DNA of 64,000 nt from an uncultured Acidobacteriota bacterium (GCA_963813585.1 CAWEZL010000001.1:118056-182055); one strand, 5' to 3'; shown: positions 7,744-17,478, counted from the first letter of the stretch. A program made the numbers and translations. Notes: generated by a model from the letters alone, not told the origin.

Positions 7744-9699
7744 CTACCGCACGTACCCGAGGGATTTCAGCCTGTCGAGGCTGGCCGGGTCGATCGCGCC
7801 AGCCGCCGCGGGGACGCGCTCGGGCACGGCCGATCCGTGCCGGTACACGACGCGTCCAGGCGGCGACTCGGCCAGGACCGCGCGCTCCCGCGCGCGCTCG
7901 GCGTCGCCGAGGGTCATGCCGTCCAGCGCGGTGTCCCGCGGGAGACCGGCGATCTCGAGCACCGTGGGCAGCACGTCGACCTGGCTGACGGGCGCGGCCA
8001 CGCGACGCCCTTCCTCCTGGAAGGGGTACTTCACGATCAACGGGATCCGCAACACCTCGTCCACGAGACCCGCTCCGTGCCCGAAGACCCCGCGCTCGCC
8101 GAGCATCTCCCCGTGATCCGCCGTCACGACGATCAGCGCACCGTCGTAGAGGCCGAGCGACCGCATCCGGTCGAACAGCCGGCCCAGCTCGCGGTCCAGT
8201 GTGGCGATCGCCGAGTCGTACAGCGACACCAGGTGCCGCCGCTCGCGCGGGTCGAAGACGCGCCGCGTCCCCTCGGCCCCGACAAACGATCCGACCCGCG
8301 GCGGAAACGACGGGTCGTAGCCGGGGAAGCGGCCGACGAACCATGGGTCGGGCGCGTACGGGTCGTGCGCGTCCATGTAGTTGGCGAAGGCGAAGAACGG
8401 CCGCCCGGCCGCCCGGGCCGCCTCGAACCCCTCCCCCAGCACCGCGTTCACGTCGCGCGCCGGTCGATGCACCCCGGGGGCCCGGTTCGACAGGCGCCGG
8501 GCGAGGGCGACGAGGCGCCACCGCAATTCGAGCCGATCCCGGACCGGCACGTCGAACACCTGGAAGCCACGCGACAGGCCGTACGCCGCGTTGAGGAAGT
8601 AGCCGTTGGCAACGGATGCGAAGCGCGCCCAGCCCGCCGAACCGAGGCGCTCGGCCAGCGTCCGCTCCGAGGCCGGAAGCGGCCGGCCCACCGGGAAGTC
8701 GCCGCCAACCCACGCGCCGTGCCGGCTCGGGTACTTCCCGGTGAAGAGCGACGCGTGGGTCCCGAGCGACATGTCGGACGTGGCCCGGGCGTCCAGGTAC
8801 AGGGTCGAGTGCGCGGCGAGGGATGCGAGGTTCGGCGAGGTGTCGTACGCGTAGCCGTAAGGCGTCAGGTGGTCGGCGCGGACGGCGTCGAGCGTGATCA
8901 GCAGGACGCCGCTCGCGCGCGTTGGCGCCGACATCCGCTCGCCCTCCCCGATGCGCCCCAGGGCGCGGCGGTCAAGGATCGCGCCCGCCGCCACCAGGAC
9001 GAACGCCAGCGTCGCGGCGGTCAGCAGGCGCGACCGCCACGGACGCCGCGCGTCGGACCGTCGCCAGGCCGCACCAGCCAGCAGCAGCAAGACGACGAGC
9101 AGGGTCGCCCCTCCCGCGGCCGCCACGGCCTTGAAGGCGGCCGCCGACGGCCCCACCCGCTCGGCCAGCCTCGAGAGGTGAAGCTGATCTCGAAAGACGA
9201 GCGGCACGAGGAGGCACACCGACGCCGCCGCGGGCGTGGTCAGCCACGCCCCGAGGCGCCCGACACGGGGGAGGCGTCCCGCCAGGCGCACCGTGAGCAA
9301 CGCCGCCAGCAAGGCCGCCACGGCAAGGCCAAGGTACGCGGATCGGCTGAACCCGCGCGCGGCAACCAGGTGCGCCCCCCAGGCGAGGACGAGCGTCGAG
9401 GTCGCCAAGTCGGGAGCCGCGCGGCCGGCGAACGCCGCGTCGCCGCGGCGCAGGCCCAGCCAGGCTGCGCCGCCCGTCGCCACCCCACCGAGCAGCCCGC
9501 CGGCGAGCGCGTACGCGGCGAGCGTCGCCGCCAGCGCCAGCGCCCGGTTCGGCGGCGCCAGCAGCAGCGACGACTCGCGCCACGCGGGCAGCACGGACAG
9601 GCAGAGATGCTCCAGCAGGCCGAAGGTCAGCCAAGCCAGGGCCCCGTGCAGCACTCCCGTGCCCACTGCCCGAAACGTCACGGCCCTCGGCGTCCGCAT
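7744..9699 (-). CDS. membrane-anchored sulfatase-family protein (LTA synthase/phosphoglycerol transferase-like alkaline-phosphatase superfamily)
   Basis: N-terminal multi-TM region. Sulfatase core: VLLITLDAVRADHL, GKYPSRHG, VTADHGEMLGERGVFGHG. Intact 651 aa ORF. Confidence 0.8.
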   Translation of the reverse strand: MRTPRAVTFRAVGTGVLHGALAWLTFGLLEHLCLSVLPAWRESSLLLAPPNRALALAATLAAYALAGGLLGGVATGGAAWLGLRRGDAAFAGRAAPDLATSTLVLAWGAHLVAARGFSRSAYLGLAVAALLAALLTVRLAGRLPRVGRLGAWLTTPAAASVCLLVPLVFRDQLHLSRLAERVGPSAAAFKAVAAAGGATLLVVLLLLAGAAWRRSDARRPWRSRLLTAATLAFVLVAAGAILDRRALGRIGEGERMSAPTRASGVLLITLDAVRADHLTPYGYAYDTSPNLASLAAHSTLYLDARATSDMSLGTHASLFTGKYPSRHGAWVGGDFPVGRPLPASERTLAERLGSAGWARFASVANGYFLNAAYGLSRGFQVFDVPVRDRLELRWRLVALARRLSNRAPGVHRPARDVNAVLGEGFEAARAAGRPFFAFANYMDAHDPYAPDPWFVGRFPGYDPSFPPRVGSFVGAEGTRRVFDPRERRHLVSLYDSAIATLDRELGRLFDRMRSLGLYDGALIVVTADHGEMLGERGVFGHGAGLVDEVLRIPLIVKYPFQEEGRRVAAPVSQVDVLPTVLEIAGLPRDTALDGMTLGDAERARERAVLAESPPGRVVYRHGSAVPERVPAAAGAIDPASLDRLKSLGYVR

Positions 9700-9723
9700 T
9701 CGCTTGCGTTGTGCCCCGTTCCC

Positions 9724-9738
9724 TGATCCCTGATCCCT
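9724..9738. repeat. TGATCCCTGATCCCT (tandem heptamer), copy 1, in the sulfatase/MATE divergent intergenic region
   Basis: Exact 15-mer, also present at 11253-11267. Copy 1 sits in context tcCCTGATCCCTGATCCCTGcg, followed by a TATGAAT -10-like box. Confidence 0.5.
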
Positions 9739-9803
9739 GCGTGCCAGCTCTGGCGCGCCATTATGAATCGAAACATCCGTGCGCTGCGCTAAGATCGTGG
9801 GCG

Positions 9804-11252
9804 GTGCCCGCCGACAACCAGACGCCCGTCGCTGCCGCTCCTGCCGCTCCCGCCTCGCCGCCCACCGCCTCGCCCCGCCTTGGTCGCTACGACCGCTCCA
9901 TCGTCGAGGGACCGGTCGGGCGGGCCGTGTGGCGACTCTCCTGGCCGACCATCCTCCAGAACGCGATGGGCGGCCTGCAGGGCATCGTCGATCACGCGAT
10001 GGTGGGCCACTTCGTCGGCTACACGGGCAACGCGGCCATCGGCGTCAGCTGGCAGATCTTCCTCGTCATCATCGTCTTCATGGGATCGCTGTTCACCGGG
10101 ATGGCGGTCCTCGTGGCCCGCTACGCGGGCGCGAACGAGCCTGAGAAGGTGAACCGGGCGGTCTACCAGGCTCTCCTCGTCGCGCTCGCCCTGGCCGTGT
10201 TCGTGCTCGCGCCGCTCGGGTACGTGCTGTCGCCGTGGCTGCTCGATCTCGTGAATGCCGCGCCCGAGGTGCGAGCGCAGGCGCTCCCCTACATCCGGAC
10301 GCTGTTCCTCTTCGGCTTCGGCCTGCTGCTGTTCTACATGCTGGGCGCAGCGCTTCGCTCGGCTGGCGACCCGCGGACGCCGCTGAAGTTCGGCGTCGCG
10401 ATCACCGCCCTCAACGTCGTCTTCAACGTGATCTTCATCCGCGGCGCAGGACCCATCCCGGCCATGGGCACCCTGGGCGCGGCGATCGGGACGGTGCTGG
10501 CCACGACGATCGTGGGCGTCGTCGCCATCTGGATGCTTCTGCGCGAGCGCCTCGTCGTCGGGTTCCCGAAAGGGGATCGGCGGCCCGACTGGACGATGAT
10601 CCGGGCTCTGTTCCGGTTCGGGCTGCCGGCGGGAATCCAGGGCGTCGCGATGAACATCGCCGGTCTGCTGCTGCTGCGCTTCATCGGCTCGCTGCCGGAG
10701 AGCGCGGCGGCGCAGGCGGCCTACGCCGTGGGGTACTCGGAGCTGTTCTCGATGATCACGTGGACGTCGGTCGGCCTCATGGGGGCCGCGGCGGCGGCCG
10801 CGGGCCAGAACCTGGGCGCCGGCCACCCCGAGCGAAGCGTCGAGGCCGTGCGGAAGGCGGCGTTCGGCGGCCTGATGATCGCGGCGGGGGTTGGAACGTT
10901 GTTCGTCCTGATCCCCGACAAGCTGCTGTGGGCGTTCGGGCTCACCGACCCGGTGGTGACGCGGCTCGGCAGCGAGCTGCTCGGCTACCTGGCCTTCTCG
11001 GGGTTCTTCATCACCGTCGCGCTCACCTACACCGGCGGGCTCCAGGGCTGTGGCGACACCCGGAGCCCGCTCTACATCACGATCGTCTCGCAGATCGTCG
11101 TGCCGCTCGGCACGTGCGCCATGCTGCAATCGGCCGGGAGCCTCACGTCACGCGGCATCTGGACCGCGATCGTCCTCGGCCACGTGACCCGCGCCACGCT
11201 CTCGGTCGTCCGCTTCCGGCAGAGGAAGTGGCTGCAGATCAAGGTTGCGTGA
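9804..11252 (+). CDS. MATE family multidrug/toxin efflux transporter
   Basis: 12-TM protein with MATE N-terminal signature (VWRLSWPTILQNAMGGLQGIVDHAMVGH). GTG start at 9804 is preferred. The ORF is open to 9711, so the start is uncertain. Confidence 0.8.
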   Translation: MPADNQTPVAAAPAAPASPPTASPRLGRYDRSIVEGPVGRAVWRLSWPTILQNAMGGLQGIVDHAMVGHFVGYTGNAAIGVSWQIFLVIIVFMGSLFTGMAVLVARYAGANEPEKVNRAVYQALLVALALAVFVLAPLGYVLSPWLLDLVNAAPEVRAQALPYIRTLFLFGFGLLLFYMLGAALRSAGDPRTPLKFGVAITALNVVFNVIFIRGAGPIPAMGTLGAAIGTVLATTIVGVVAIWMLLRERLVVGFPKGDRRPDWTMIRALFRFGLPAGIQGVAMNIAGLLLLRFIGSLPESAAAQAAYAVGYSELFSMITWTSVGLMGAAAAAAGQNLGAGHPERSVEAVRKAAFGGLMIAAGVGTLFVLIPDKLLWAFGLTDPVVTRLGSELLGYLAFSGFFITVALTYTGGLQGCGDTRSPLYITIVSQIVVPLGTCAMLQSAGSLTSRGIWTAIVLGHVTRATLSVVRFRQRKWLQIKVA

Positions 11253-11267
11253 TGATCCCTGATCCCT
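11253..11267. repeat. TGATCCCTGATCCCT, copy 2, immediately after the MATE stop and overlapping the S9 peptidase stop
   Basis: Exact copy of the 15-mer at 9724-9738. Confidence 0.5.
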
Positions 11268-13611
11268 ATCGTCTCGGCTCCGGTGACGGGAACTCCACCG
11301 GCGGCGGCGGCTCGGCGCCCATCAGGTGCTTCACGAAGTAGTCCCAGCGCCGCCGCATCATGTACGGCTCGTTGCCGAAGCCGTGGGCGCGGTTCGGCAG
11401 CATGATCAGGTCGAAGTCCTTGTTCGCTTTGATCAGCTCGTCCACCACCAGCAGCGTGAGGTTGGGGGGCACGTTGCCGTCCATCGTGCCGTGCGCGAGC
11501 AGCAGCTTGCCCTTGAGGTTCTTCGCGAGGCTCTGGTTCGCCTGGCTGTCGTAGTTGGACGACCCGTCCGGATTGCCCACGAGCAGCCCCTGCCACTTCT
11601 CGGCCCAGTCGTCCTCGTACCCGCGGTTGTCGTGGTTGCCCGCCTGCGACACGCCGACCTTGAAGAAGTCGGGGTAGCGGAACATGGCGCCGGTGCTCGC
11701 AAACCCGCCGCCCGAGTGCCCCCAGACGCCGGCCCGGCCGATGTCGATCCAGGGGTGGCGCGCCGCCAGCTCCTTCATCCCCGCCACCTGGTCGGGCAGC
11801 CCGTTGTCGCCTATGTTGCCGTAGTAGGCGGCGTGGAACGACTTCGACCGCCAGGGCGTCCCCATCGCGTCGATCTGCACGACGATGAAGCCCAGTTCGG
11901 CGAGGGCCTGCGCGTCGCCGTGCGCGGGCAGGAAGCTGCGGCTGCGGATGCTCCCCGTCTGCGGTCCCGGGTAGATGTTGTTGATGACCGGGTAGCGCTT
12001 CGTCTCGTCGAAGTCGGTCGGCCGGAACATCAGCCCGTAGAGGTCGGTCGCGCCGTCGCGTGCCTTGACGGTGAAGGGGATGGGCGGCTTCCAGCCGATC
12101 GCCTGCAACCGCGTGATGTCGGCCTTCTCGAGCGGCATCACCACCGCGCCCGACAGGTCGCGGGCGACGGACACCGGCGGTGTGACCGGCGTCGAGTAGG
12201 CATCGACGAAGTACTCGCCCGACGGCGCGAGCGACACCTGGTGGTCGGCGTCCTCGGGCGTGATCAGCGTGACGTCTCCCTTGTCGAACCCCACGCGGTA
12301 GAAGTGACGGAAGTAGGGGTCGCGCCCCTTCTCGCGCCCCACGCCGACGAAGTAGAGCGCCCGGGCCTTCTCGTCCACCTTCAGCACCTGCGTCACGTTC
12401 CACGACCCCGACGTGATCGGCCGCTTCACCTTCCCGGCGGCGAGGTCGTACAGGTAGAGGTGTCCCCAGTCGTCCCGCTGCGAGAACCAGATCACCTCGC
12501 CGGACGCCGGCAGGAAGTGCCAGCTCGACTTGTCGTTCCCCGACTCGAAGAAGGTGTCCACCTTCTCCTCGAGGACGTCGCGGGTCTCGCCGGTCTCCGG
12601 GTTGGCGACGCGCAGGTTGGCCTGCTTGTGGTCGCGTGAGGACGACACGAACGCGAGGGCGCTCGAGTCGGCCGCCCACCTCGCGTCGTCGAGCCGCCCC
12701 TCCTCGTCCTTGATGTCATCGGTGATCGTGCCGCGGTGCTCGTCGGGCGGCATCTTCAGCCGGACGACGCGCGGGCCGTCCAGGTGGATGACGACGCGGT
12801 GGATCATCGCCACGTGCTCGTCGCCGGGAAGCGGGTACTTCCACGCCTCGAGCGCGGGGTGCCCGACCCTGGTGGACACGAGGTACATCTCGCCCACCTG
12901 CCGCTGGTCCTGCTGGAAGGTTGCGATCTTCTTCGAGTCGGGCGACCACAACACGACCGGCATGTCGCTGTGGGTCCAGCCGGCGTTGTCGGTGGCGTAG
13001 CCGAAGTCCTTCACGCCATCCGTCGTCAGGGCGCGCTCGGCGCCCGTCGCGGTGTCTCGAAGCCAGAGGTTGTCGTTCCGGATGAAGACCGCGGAGCGCC
13101 CGTCGGGCGACACGACCTGCCCGCGGTCGGTCGCCGCCGCTGCGCTGCAGGCCTTGCCCGCGACGTCGCACTCCCACGTCCTGCCCGCGGCGCCGAACCG
13201 GATGGCGGCCCCATCGCGGGTGAAGGTGAACGTCCTGAACGGCAGGCGGTAGGGCTCGTACGTCGCGCCCGCCGCCCGCGACAGCGCGGCGGCGACCGCG
13301 GCGTGGTCGAAGGCGGGGCCTCGCGTGCGGCGCGCGAGATCGACCACCACGAACTGCGCCCCCCGTTCCACCGTGTTGCGATAGGTGAAACGGTCGCCTT
13401 CCAGCCACGACGGCCGCACGGCGGGTCCCAGCACGAGCGGGTTCACGTTCGCGTCGAGCAGGCGCTGGGCGCGCTGGTAGTCGGCGGCGGCGAGCTGCCG
13501 CGGCGCCTGGGCGAACGCGGCGTTCGGGGCGAACAGCACGCCAGGGAGAAGGAGGAGGACGAGGGCACCCGTGAGACGAAGGCGGCTCGAAAGCATGGGG
13601 GATGGTAACAT
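11266..13611 (-). CDS. secreted S9 family peptidase (dipeptidyl-peptidase IV/prolyl oligopeptidase-like: beta-propeller + alpha/beta hydrolase)
   Basis: Signal peptide MLPSPMLSSRLRLTGALVLLLLPGVLFAPNAAFAQA. C-terminal catalytic GWGHSGGGF (Ser). ...HGTMDGNVP and ...NRAHGF (His). Confidence 0.85.
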   Translation of the reverse strand: MLPSPMLSSRLRLTGALVLLLLPGVLFAPNAAFAQAPRQLAAADYQRAQRLLDANVNPLVLGPAVRPSWLEGDRFTYRNTVERGAQFVVVDLARRTRGPAFDHAAVAAALSRAAGATYEPYRLPFRTFTFTRDGAAIRFGAAGRTWECDVAGKACSAAAATDRGQVVSPDGRSAVFIRNDNLWLRDTATGAERALTTDGVKDFGYATDNAGWTHSDMPVVLWSPDSKKIATFQQDQRQVGEMYLVSTRVGHPALEAWKYPLPGDEHVAMIHRVVIHLDGPRVVRLKMPPDEHRGTITDDIKDEEGRLDDARWAADSSALAFVSSSRDHKQANLRVANPETGETRDVLEEKVDTFFESGNDKSSWHFLPASGEVIWFSQRDDWGHLYLYDLAAGKVKRPITSGSWNVTQVLKVDEKARALYFVGVGREKGRDPYFRHFYRVGFDKGDVTLITPEDADHQVSLAPSGEYFVDAYSTPVTPPVSVARDLSGAVVMPLEKADITRLQAIGWKPPIPFTVKARDGATDLYGLMFRPTDFDETKRYPVINNIYPGPQTGSIRSRSFLPAHGDAQALAELGFIVVQIDAMGTPWRSKSFHAAYYGNIGDNGLPDQVAGMKELAARHPWIDIGRAGVWGHSGGGFASTGAMFRYPDFFKVGVSQAGNHDNRGYEDDWAEKWQGLLVGNPDGSSNYDSQANQSLAKNLKGKLLLAHGTMDGNVPPNLTLLVVDELIKANKDFDLIMLPNRAHGFGNEPYMMRRRWDYFVKHLMGAEPPPPVEFPSPEPRR

Positions 13612-13648
13612 CGCCCGCGCGCGATCCCGCCTTTTCCAGGAGGAACGG

Positions 13649-15178
13649 ATGGCATCGGTCCGGCACGCCCTGGTCGTCGCGATCCTCGCCGCCTGCGCGA
13701 TGGTCGCCACCGTCCTCGCCGCCCCTGTCCTCCAGGGACCGCCCGCAGGCGGGCCACCCGCAGGCGGGCCGCCCGCTCCCCCGCCCGAGATGAAGGAGCG
13801 CACGTCCGTCACGAGGCACACAGTGCGCATCGGCGGGCAGGCGGTCGCTTACACCGCGACGGCCGGGACGCTGGTCCTGCGCGACCAGGTCGACAAGCCG
13901 ATTGCCAGCTTCTTCTACGTGCTCTACGCCCGGGACGACGTGACCGACATGGCCTCGCGGCCGATGGTCTACTCGTTCAACGGCGGGCCCGGGACCGCGT
14001 CGATCTGGATGCACATGGGGTTCACCGGGCCGCGGCGCGTCGTCTACGACGAGAACGGCTTCATGGTGCAGCCCCCCTTCCGGCTGCACGACAACGAGCA
14101 CTCGATCCTCGACGTCGCCGACATCGTGTACATCGACCCGGTCGGCACGGGCTTCAGCCGCATGGCGCCCGGCGAGGACGCGCACCGCTTCCACGGGGTG
14201 ATGGAGGACATCGAGGCGATGGCCGACTTCATCCGCGTGTTCACCACGCGCCACGGCCGCTGGAAGTCGCCGAAGTTCCTCATCGGCGAGAGCTACGGAA
14301 CCACGCGCGCCTCGGGACTGGTGGACTACCTGCAGGACCGTCACCAGATGTACATGAACGGCGTCATCCTCGTGTCGATGACGACGCTCGGCCTCGAGCG
14401 CGGCGTGGACGTGAGCTACGCGACGACGCTTCCGTACATGACCGCGACCGCGTGGTATCACAAGCGGCTGCCGGCGGACCTTCAGGCCAGGCCGCTCAGG
14501 GACGTGCTCGCCGAGTCGGAGCGCTTCGCCATGACCGACTACCACGTGGCGCTGGCGAAGGGCGGGCTGCTGCCCGCGGCCGAGCGGGCGGAGCTGGCGG
14601 CGACGATCGCCCGGCTCACGGGGCTCTCGCCCGAGTTCGTCCTGCAGAGCAACCTGCGGGTGGAGAAGCAGCGGTTCTGGAAGGAGCTGCTGCGCGACCG
14701 GGGCCTGATCGTCGGCCGCCTCGACAGCCGCTACACCGGGACCGACCGTGACGCGTCGGGCGAGGCGCCCGAGGGCGACCCCGCGATCTGGTCGTGGGAC
14801 GGCCCCTTCGCCGCGGCGCTGCAGATCTACCTGAAGGACGAACTGAAGTGGGAGTCCGACGACAAGTACTCCGTCTGGGGTGACGTCCGCCCGTGGCGCT
14901 CCGACCCGCCGGTGCGGGTCGGCGAGCTGCTGCGCCAGGCGATGACTCGCAACCCGTTCCTGCGGGTGTTCGTCCTCGAGGGGTACTACGACGGGGCGAC
15001 CGACTACTTCGGCGCGCAATACACCATCTCGCACATCGACCCGGGCGGCGGGTTGAGTGGCCGCTTCCAGTTCGGCTTCTACGAGAGCGGGCACATGATG
15101 TACCTGGCGAGCGCCGCGCTGGTGCAGGCCAAGCAGGATCTGGCCGCGTTCATCCGCAAGGCATCACCGGCCCGCTGA
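13649..15178 (+). CDS. secreted S10-like serine carboxypeptidase family protein
   Basis: AGGAGG RBS. Signal peptide MASVRHALVVAILAACAMVATVLAAP. Pro-rich linker GPPAGGPPAGGPPAPPPE. NGGPGTASIW and GESYGT motifs of peptidase S10. Confidence 0.8.
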   Translation: MASVRHALVVAILAACAMVATVLAAPVLQGPPAGGPPAGGPPAPPPEMKERTSVTRHTVRIGGQAVAYTATAGTLVLRDQVDKPIASFFYVLYARDDVTDMASRPMVYSFNGGPGTASIWMHMGFTGPRRVVYDENGFMVQPPFRLHDNEHSILDVADIVYIDPVGTGFSRMAPGEDAHRFHGVMEDIEAMADFIRVFTTRHGRWKSPKFLIGESYGTTRASGLVDYLQDRHQMYMNGVILVSMTTLGLERGVDVSYATTLPYMTATAWYHKRLPADLQARPLRDVLAESERFAMTDYHVALAKGGLLPAAERAELAATIARLTGLSPEFVLQSNLRVEKQRFWKELLRDRGLIVGRLDSRYTGTDRDASGEAPEGDPAIWSWDGPFAAALQIYLKDELKWESDDKYSVWGDVRPWRSDPPVRVGELLRQAMTRNPFLRVFVLEGYYDGATDYFGAQYTISHIDPGGGLSGRFQFGFYESGHMMYLASAALVQAKQDLAAFIRKASPAR

Positions 15179-15225
15179 CCTGAGGGCTCGCTCGTGTCGT
15201 CGTTGGACCGTGAGCGGGTGAGCGA

Positions 15226-15256
15226 GCGAACCGTTTCACCTCCTGCTGCGTTCTTC
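15226..15256 (+). promoter_or_regulatory. candidate ECF-type promoter (GAAC-N17-CGTT) upstream of the ECF sigma gene
   Basis: gcGAACcgtttcacctcctgctgCGTTc lies ~45 nt upstream of ATG 15298. Consistent with an autoregulated ECF sigma promoter. Confidence 0.35.
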
Positions 15257-15297
15257 CCTATAGCGGGGGCGCCCGGGAGCGCCCCTTCGGACCGCCC

Positions 15298-15867
15298 ATG
15301 GACCTGGCCGCGCTCATCGACCGGTGCCGACACGGCGACGACCTCGCCTGGGAGGCGTTCGTACGCCAGTTCCAGGGACGGATCTACTCGATCACCTCGG
15401 CCTACGCGTCGAGCCCGGACGAGGCGCGCGACCTCGCGCAGGACGTCTTCATCCGCCTCTACGACACGCGGGGGCGCTGGGCGCCCTCGGACGCCTTCGT
15501 CCCCTGGCTGGTGCGCGTGGCGCGCAACCTCTGCCTCGACCACCTGAGGAGGAAGAAGGCGCGGCCGCCGGCCGAGGACGTGCTGGCCGACGAGATGGTG
15601 AACCTGGCGGGAGGCGGCGGCACGCCGGAGGAAGAGCTGGCCTCGCTCACCGCGCGCCGCCTGGTGTGGCGCGCGCTGCGGTCCGTCGGGAAGCTGAGCC
15701 GCGAGATGATCCTGCTGAAGGAGATCCAGGGGCTCACGTTCCCAGAGATTGCCGCGACCCTCGGGATCCCGATCGGCACCGTGAAGTCGCGCTCGAACCG
15801 CGCGCGCCTCGAGCTGGCCGAGCAGGTCCTGTCGCTGCAGCGGGGCGAGGCGGGGCCCGCGCGATGA
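15298..15867 (+). CDS. ECF (sigma-70 family group 4) RNA polymerase sigma factor
   Basis: Sigma70_r2 (DLAQDVFIRLYDTRG). Sigma70_r4 (ILLKEIQGLTFPEIAATLGIPIGTVKSRSNRAR). Confidence 0.9.
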   Translation: MDLAALIDRCRHGDDLAWEAFVRQFQGRIYSITSAYASSPDEARDLAQDVFIRLYDTRGRWAPSDAFVPWLVRVARNLCLDHLRRKKARPPAEDVLADEMVNLAGGGGTPEEELASLTARRLVWRALRSVGKLSREMILLKEIQGLTFPEIAATLGIPIGTVKSRSNRARLELAEQVLSLQRGEAGPAR

Positions 15868-16823
15868 GGAGCACCATGGACTGCGCACGATTCGACCGGC
15901 GGCTCGACGCGCTGCTCGAGGGGTCGTGCACCGCGGACGAGTGGCAGGAAGCCGAGGCGCACGCGGGGGGATGCCCGCGCTGCCGCTCGCTGCTCGACGC
16001 GATGGCCGGCCTCGGGTCCGCGCAGGACGAGGCGGGCACCTCCTCGCTGGTGGACGCCGTCCTGGCGCGGACGAGCGGGAGCGGGGCGACGTGCGGTGCC
16101 GCGCGCGACCGGCTCGGCGAGCTGGTGGACGGCGCGCTGGAAAGCCTCGACCGCGAGCTCCTGGAAGAGCATCTCGCTCGCTGCGAGCCGTGCGCCGCGC
16201 TGGCGGCGGCAATGGCGCGGGCCACCGGCGTGCTGCGCGGGTTCGCCGATCTGCAACCGCCCGCCGACCTCGCTCCGGCCGTCATCGCGGCCACCAGCCG
16301 CCGGCCGCCCGAGCCGTCGTTCGACGAGCGGGTGGCGGCGTGGCTCGATCGCCTGGCCGCGCGCCCGCGCTTCAGCCTCGAGGCCGCCTACCTCTGCACG
16401 CTGCTGATCCTCGTCAGCGTCGGCAATCCCGTGGCCGCATTCCGCGAAACCTCGGCCCGAGGCCGCGAGCTGGCGGAGCCCCGCGTCGAGCACGTGATCG
16501 AGCGGGTCTCGTCGGGACCCGCCGGCTTCGTGCGCGACATCAGGGCGGCCCTTGCCGAGCAGGCCGCTGTGACGACCGCGGAACGCGCCGAGGCCGGCCT
16601 TGCGGCGCGCGCCTCCGCGCTGGTGTCTGCGGCACGCGCCTCCGCGCTGGTGTCGTCGGCGTGGGGATGGGTCAGCGCGCACGTGGTTGCGCCGGTGCAC
16701 GGGGCCGTCCAGCGCGTGGTCGCCTGGGTGTCCTCGCTCGTCCGGCCGAACCCTTCAGCCGCCCGGCGCGTTACTGAGGCAGGGGGAGCGAGAGCGGGGG
16801 CGGACAGCGGTGGAAGAGGATAA
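15864..16823 (+). CDS. anti-sigma factor, zinc-finger (ZAS-like) with two HxxxCxxC motifs and one TM segment
   Basis: ATGA overlap with the sigma gene stop. HAGGCPRCRSLL and HLARCEPCAAL. TM helix AAYLCTLLILVSVGNPVAAF. 27-nt tandem duplication (ARASALVS x2) at ~16605-16660. Confidence 0.75.
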   Translation: MRSTMDCARFDRRLDALLEGSCTADEWQEAEAHAGGCPRCRSLLDAMAGLGSAQDEAGTSSLVDAVLARTSGSGATCGAARDRLGELVDGALESLDRELLEEHLARCEPCAALAAAMARATGVLRGFADLQPPADLAPAVIAATSRRPPEPSFDERVAAWLDRLAARPRFSLEAAYLCTLLILVSVGNPVAAFRETSARGRELAEPRVEHVIERVSSGPAGFVRDIRAALAEQAAVTTAERAEAGLAARASALVSAARASALVSSAWGWVSAHVVAPVHGAVQRVVAWVSSLVRPNPSAARRVTEAGGARAGADSGGRG

Positions 16824-16836
16824 CGGAGAGAGGATC

Positions 16837-17412
16837 ATGAACACCTACCAGCAGGAACTCGACGCGCCCGTGCAGGAGACCAACGCCGGCGTCAGGACCC
16901 CGGAGGCGCCGGTGCGGCCGGTCGCGGCCCGCCAGGACTATTACGACGACCCGCGCCGCAAGTCGCCGATGCTCGCGCTGGTGCTGTCGGCGATGCCGGG
17001 CCTCGGCCAGGTGTACGTCGGGTACTACCAGCAGGGCTTCACCAACGCGCTGATCATCGCGGGGCTGATCGGCTTGCTCAACAGCGGGGCCGTCAGCGGG
17101 GGCGGCGAGCCGTTCTTCGGCCTGTTCCTCGCCTTCTACTGGCTCTACAACATCGTGGATGCCTGGCGCCGCGCGGTCTTCTACAACAACGCGCTGGCGG
17201 GCATCGGGCCGGCGACCATCCCCGACGATTTCGCGGTGGCCAAGGGACGCGGGTCGCTGGCGGGCGGGATCGCGCTGGTGGTGATCGGCGCGGTGCTGCT
17301 GATGAACACCCTGTTCAACATGCCGCTCGACTGGCTCGAGGACTGGTGGCCGGTCACCTTCATCGCGGTGGGCGCCTGGCTCGCCTGGCCGAGCTTCGCA
17401 AAGAAGAGCTAG
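16837..17412 (+). CDS. hypothetical integral membrane protein (co-transcribed with sigma/anti-sigma)
   Basis: GGAGAGAGGA RBS. 191 aa, 3-4 TM helices (MLALVLSAMPGLGQVYVGYY...). No confident family. Confidence 0.65.
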   Translation: MNTYQQELDAPVQETNAGVRTPEAPVRPVAARQDYYDDPRRKSPMLALVLSAMPGLGQVYVGYYQQGFTNALIIAGLIGLLNSGAVSGGGEPFFGLFLAFYWLYNIVDAWRRAVFYNNALAGIGPATIPDDFAVAKGRGSLAGGIALVVIGAVLLMNTLFNMPLDWLEDWWPVTFIAVGAWLAWPSFAKKS

Positions 17413-17426
17413 GGATATTCGTTCGG

Positions 17427-17478
17427 GGAATTTCAATTTCTGCCACCGGAGGCCCGCGGTGGCAGAAATCGGAATTCC
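17427..17478 (+). terminator. long hairpin terminator downstream of the membrane protein gene
   Basis: GGAATTTCAATTTCTGCCACCG-gaggcc-CGGTGGCAGAAATCGGAATTCC, a ~21 bp stem with 19/21 matches. No strong T-tract. Confidence 0.45.

Noticed and set aside
5894-8713. 939-aa ORF
   Set aside because: A chimera of pepF fragments and out-of-frame antisense sequence over the sulfatase gene. The real pepF start is the RBS-preceded GTG at 7705.
11072-12679. 535-aa and 437-aa ORFs overlapping the S9 peptidase on both strands
   Set aside because: Wrong-frame or antisense shadows of the well-supported S9 peptidase gene.
13597-13660. Shared Pro-rich GPPAGGPPAGG coding on both strands between the divergent S9 and S10 peptidase genes
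   Set aside because: The minus-strand version lies upstream of the probable S9 start (MLPSPML). It is just the reverse-complement reading of the S10 linker, not a second protein feature.
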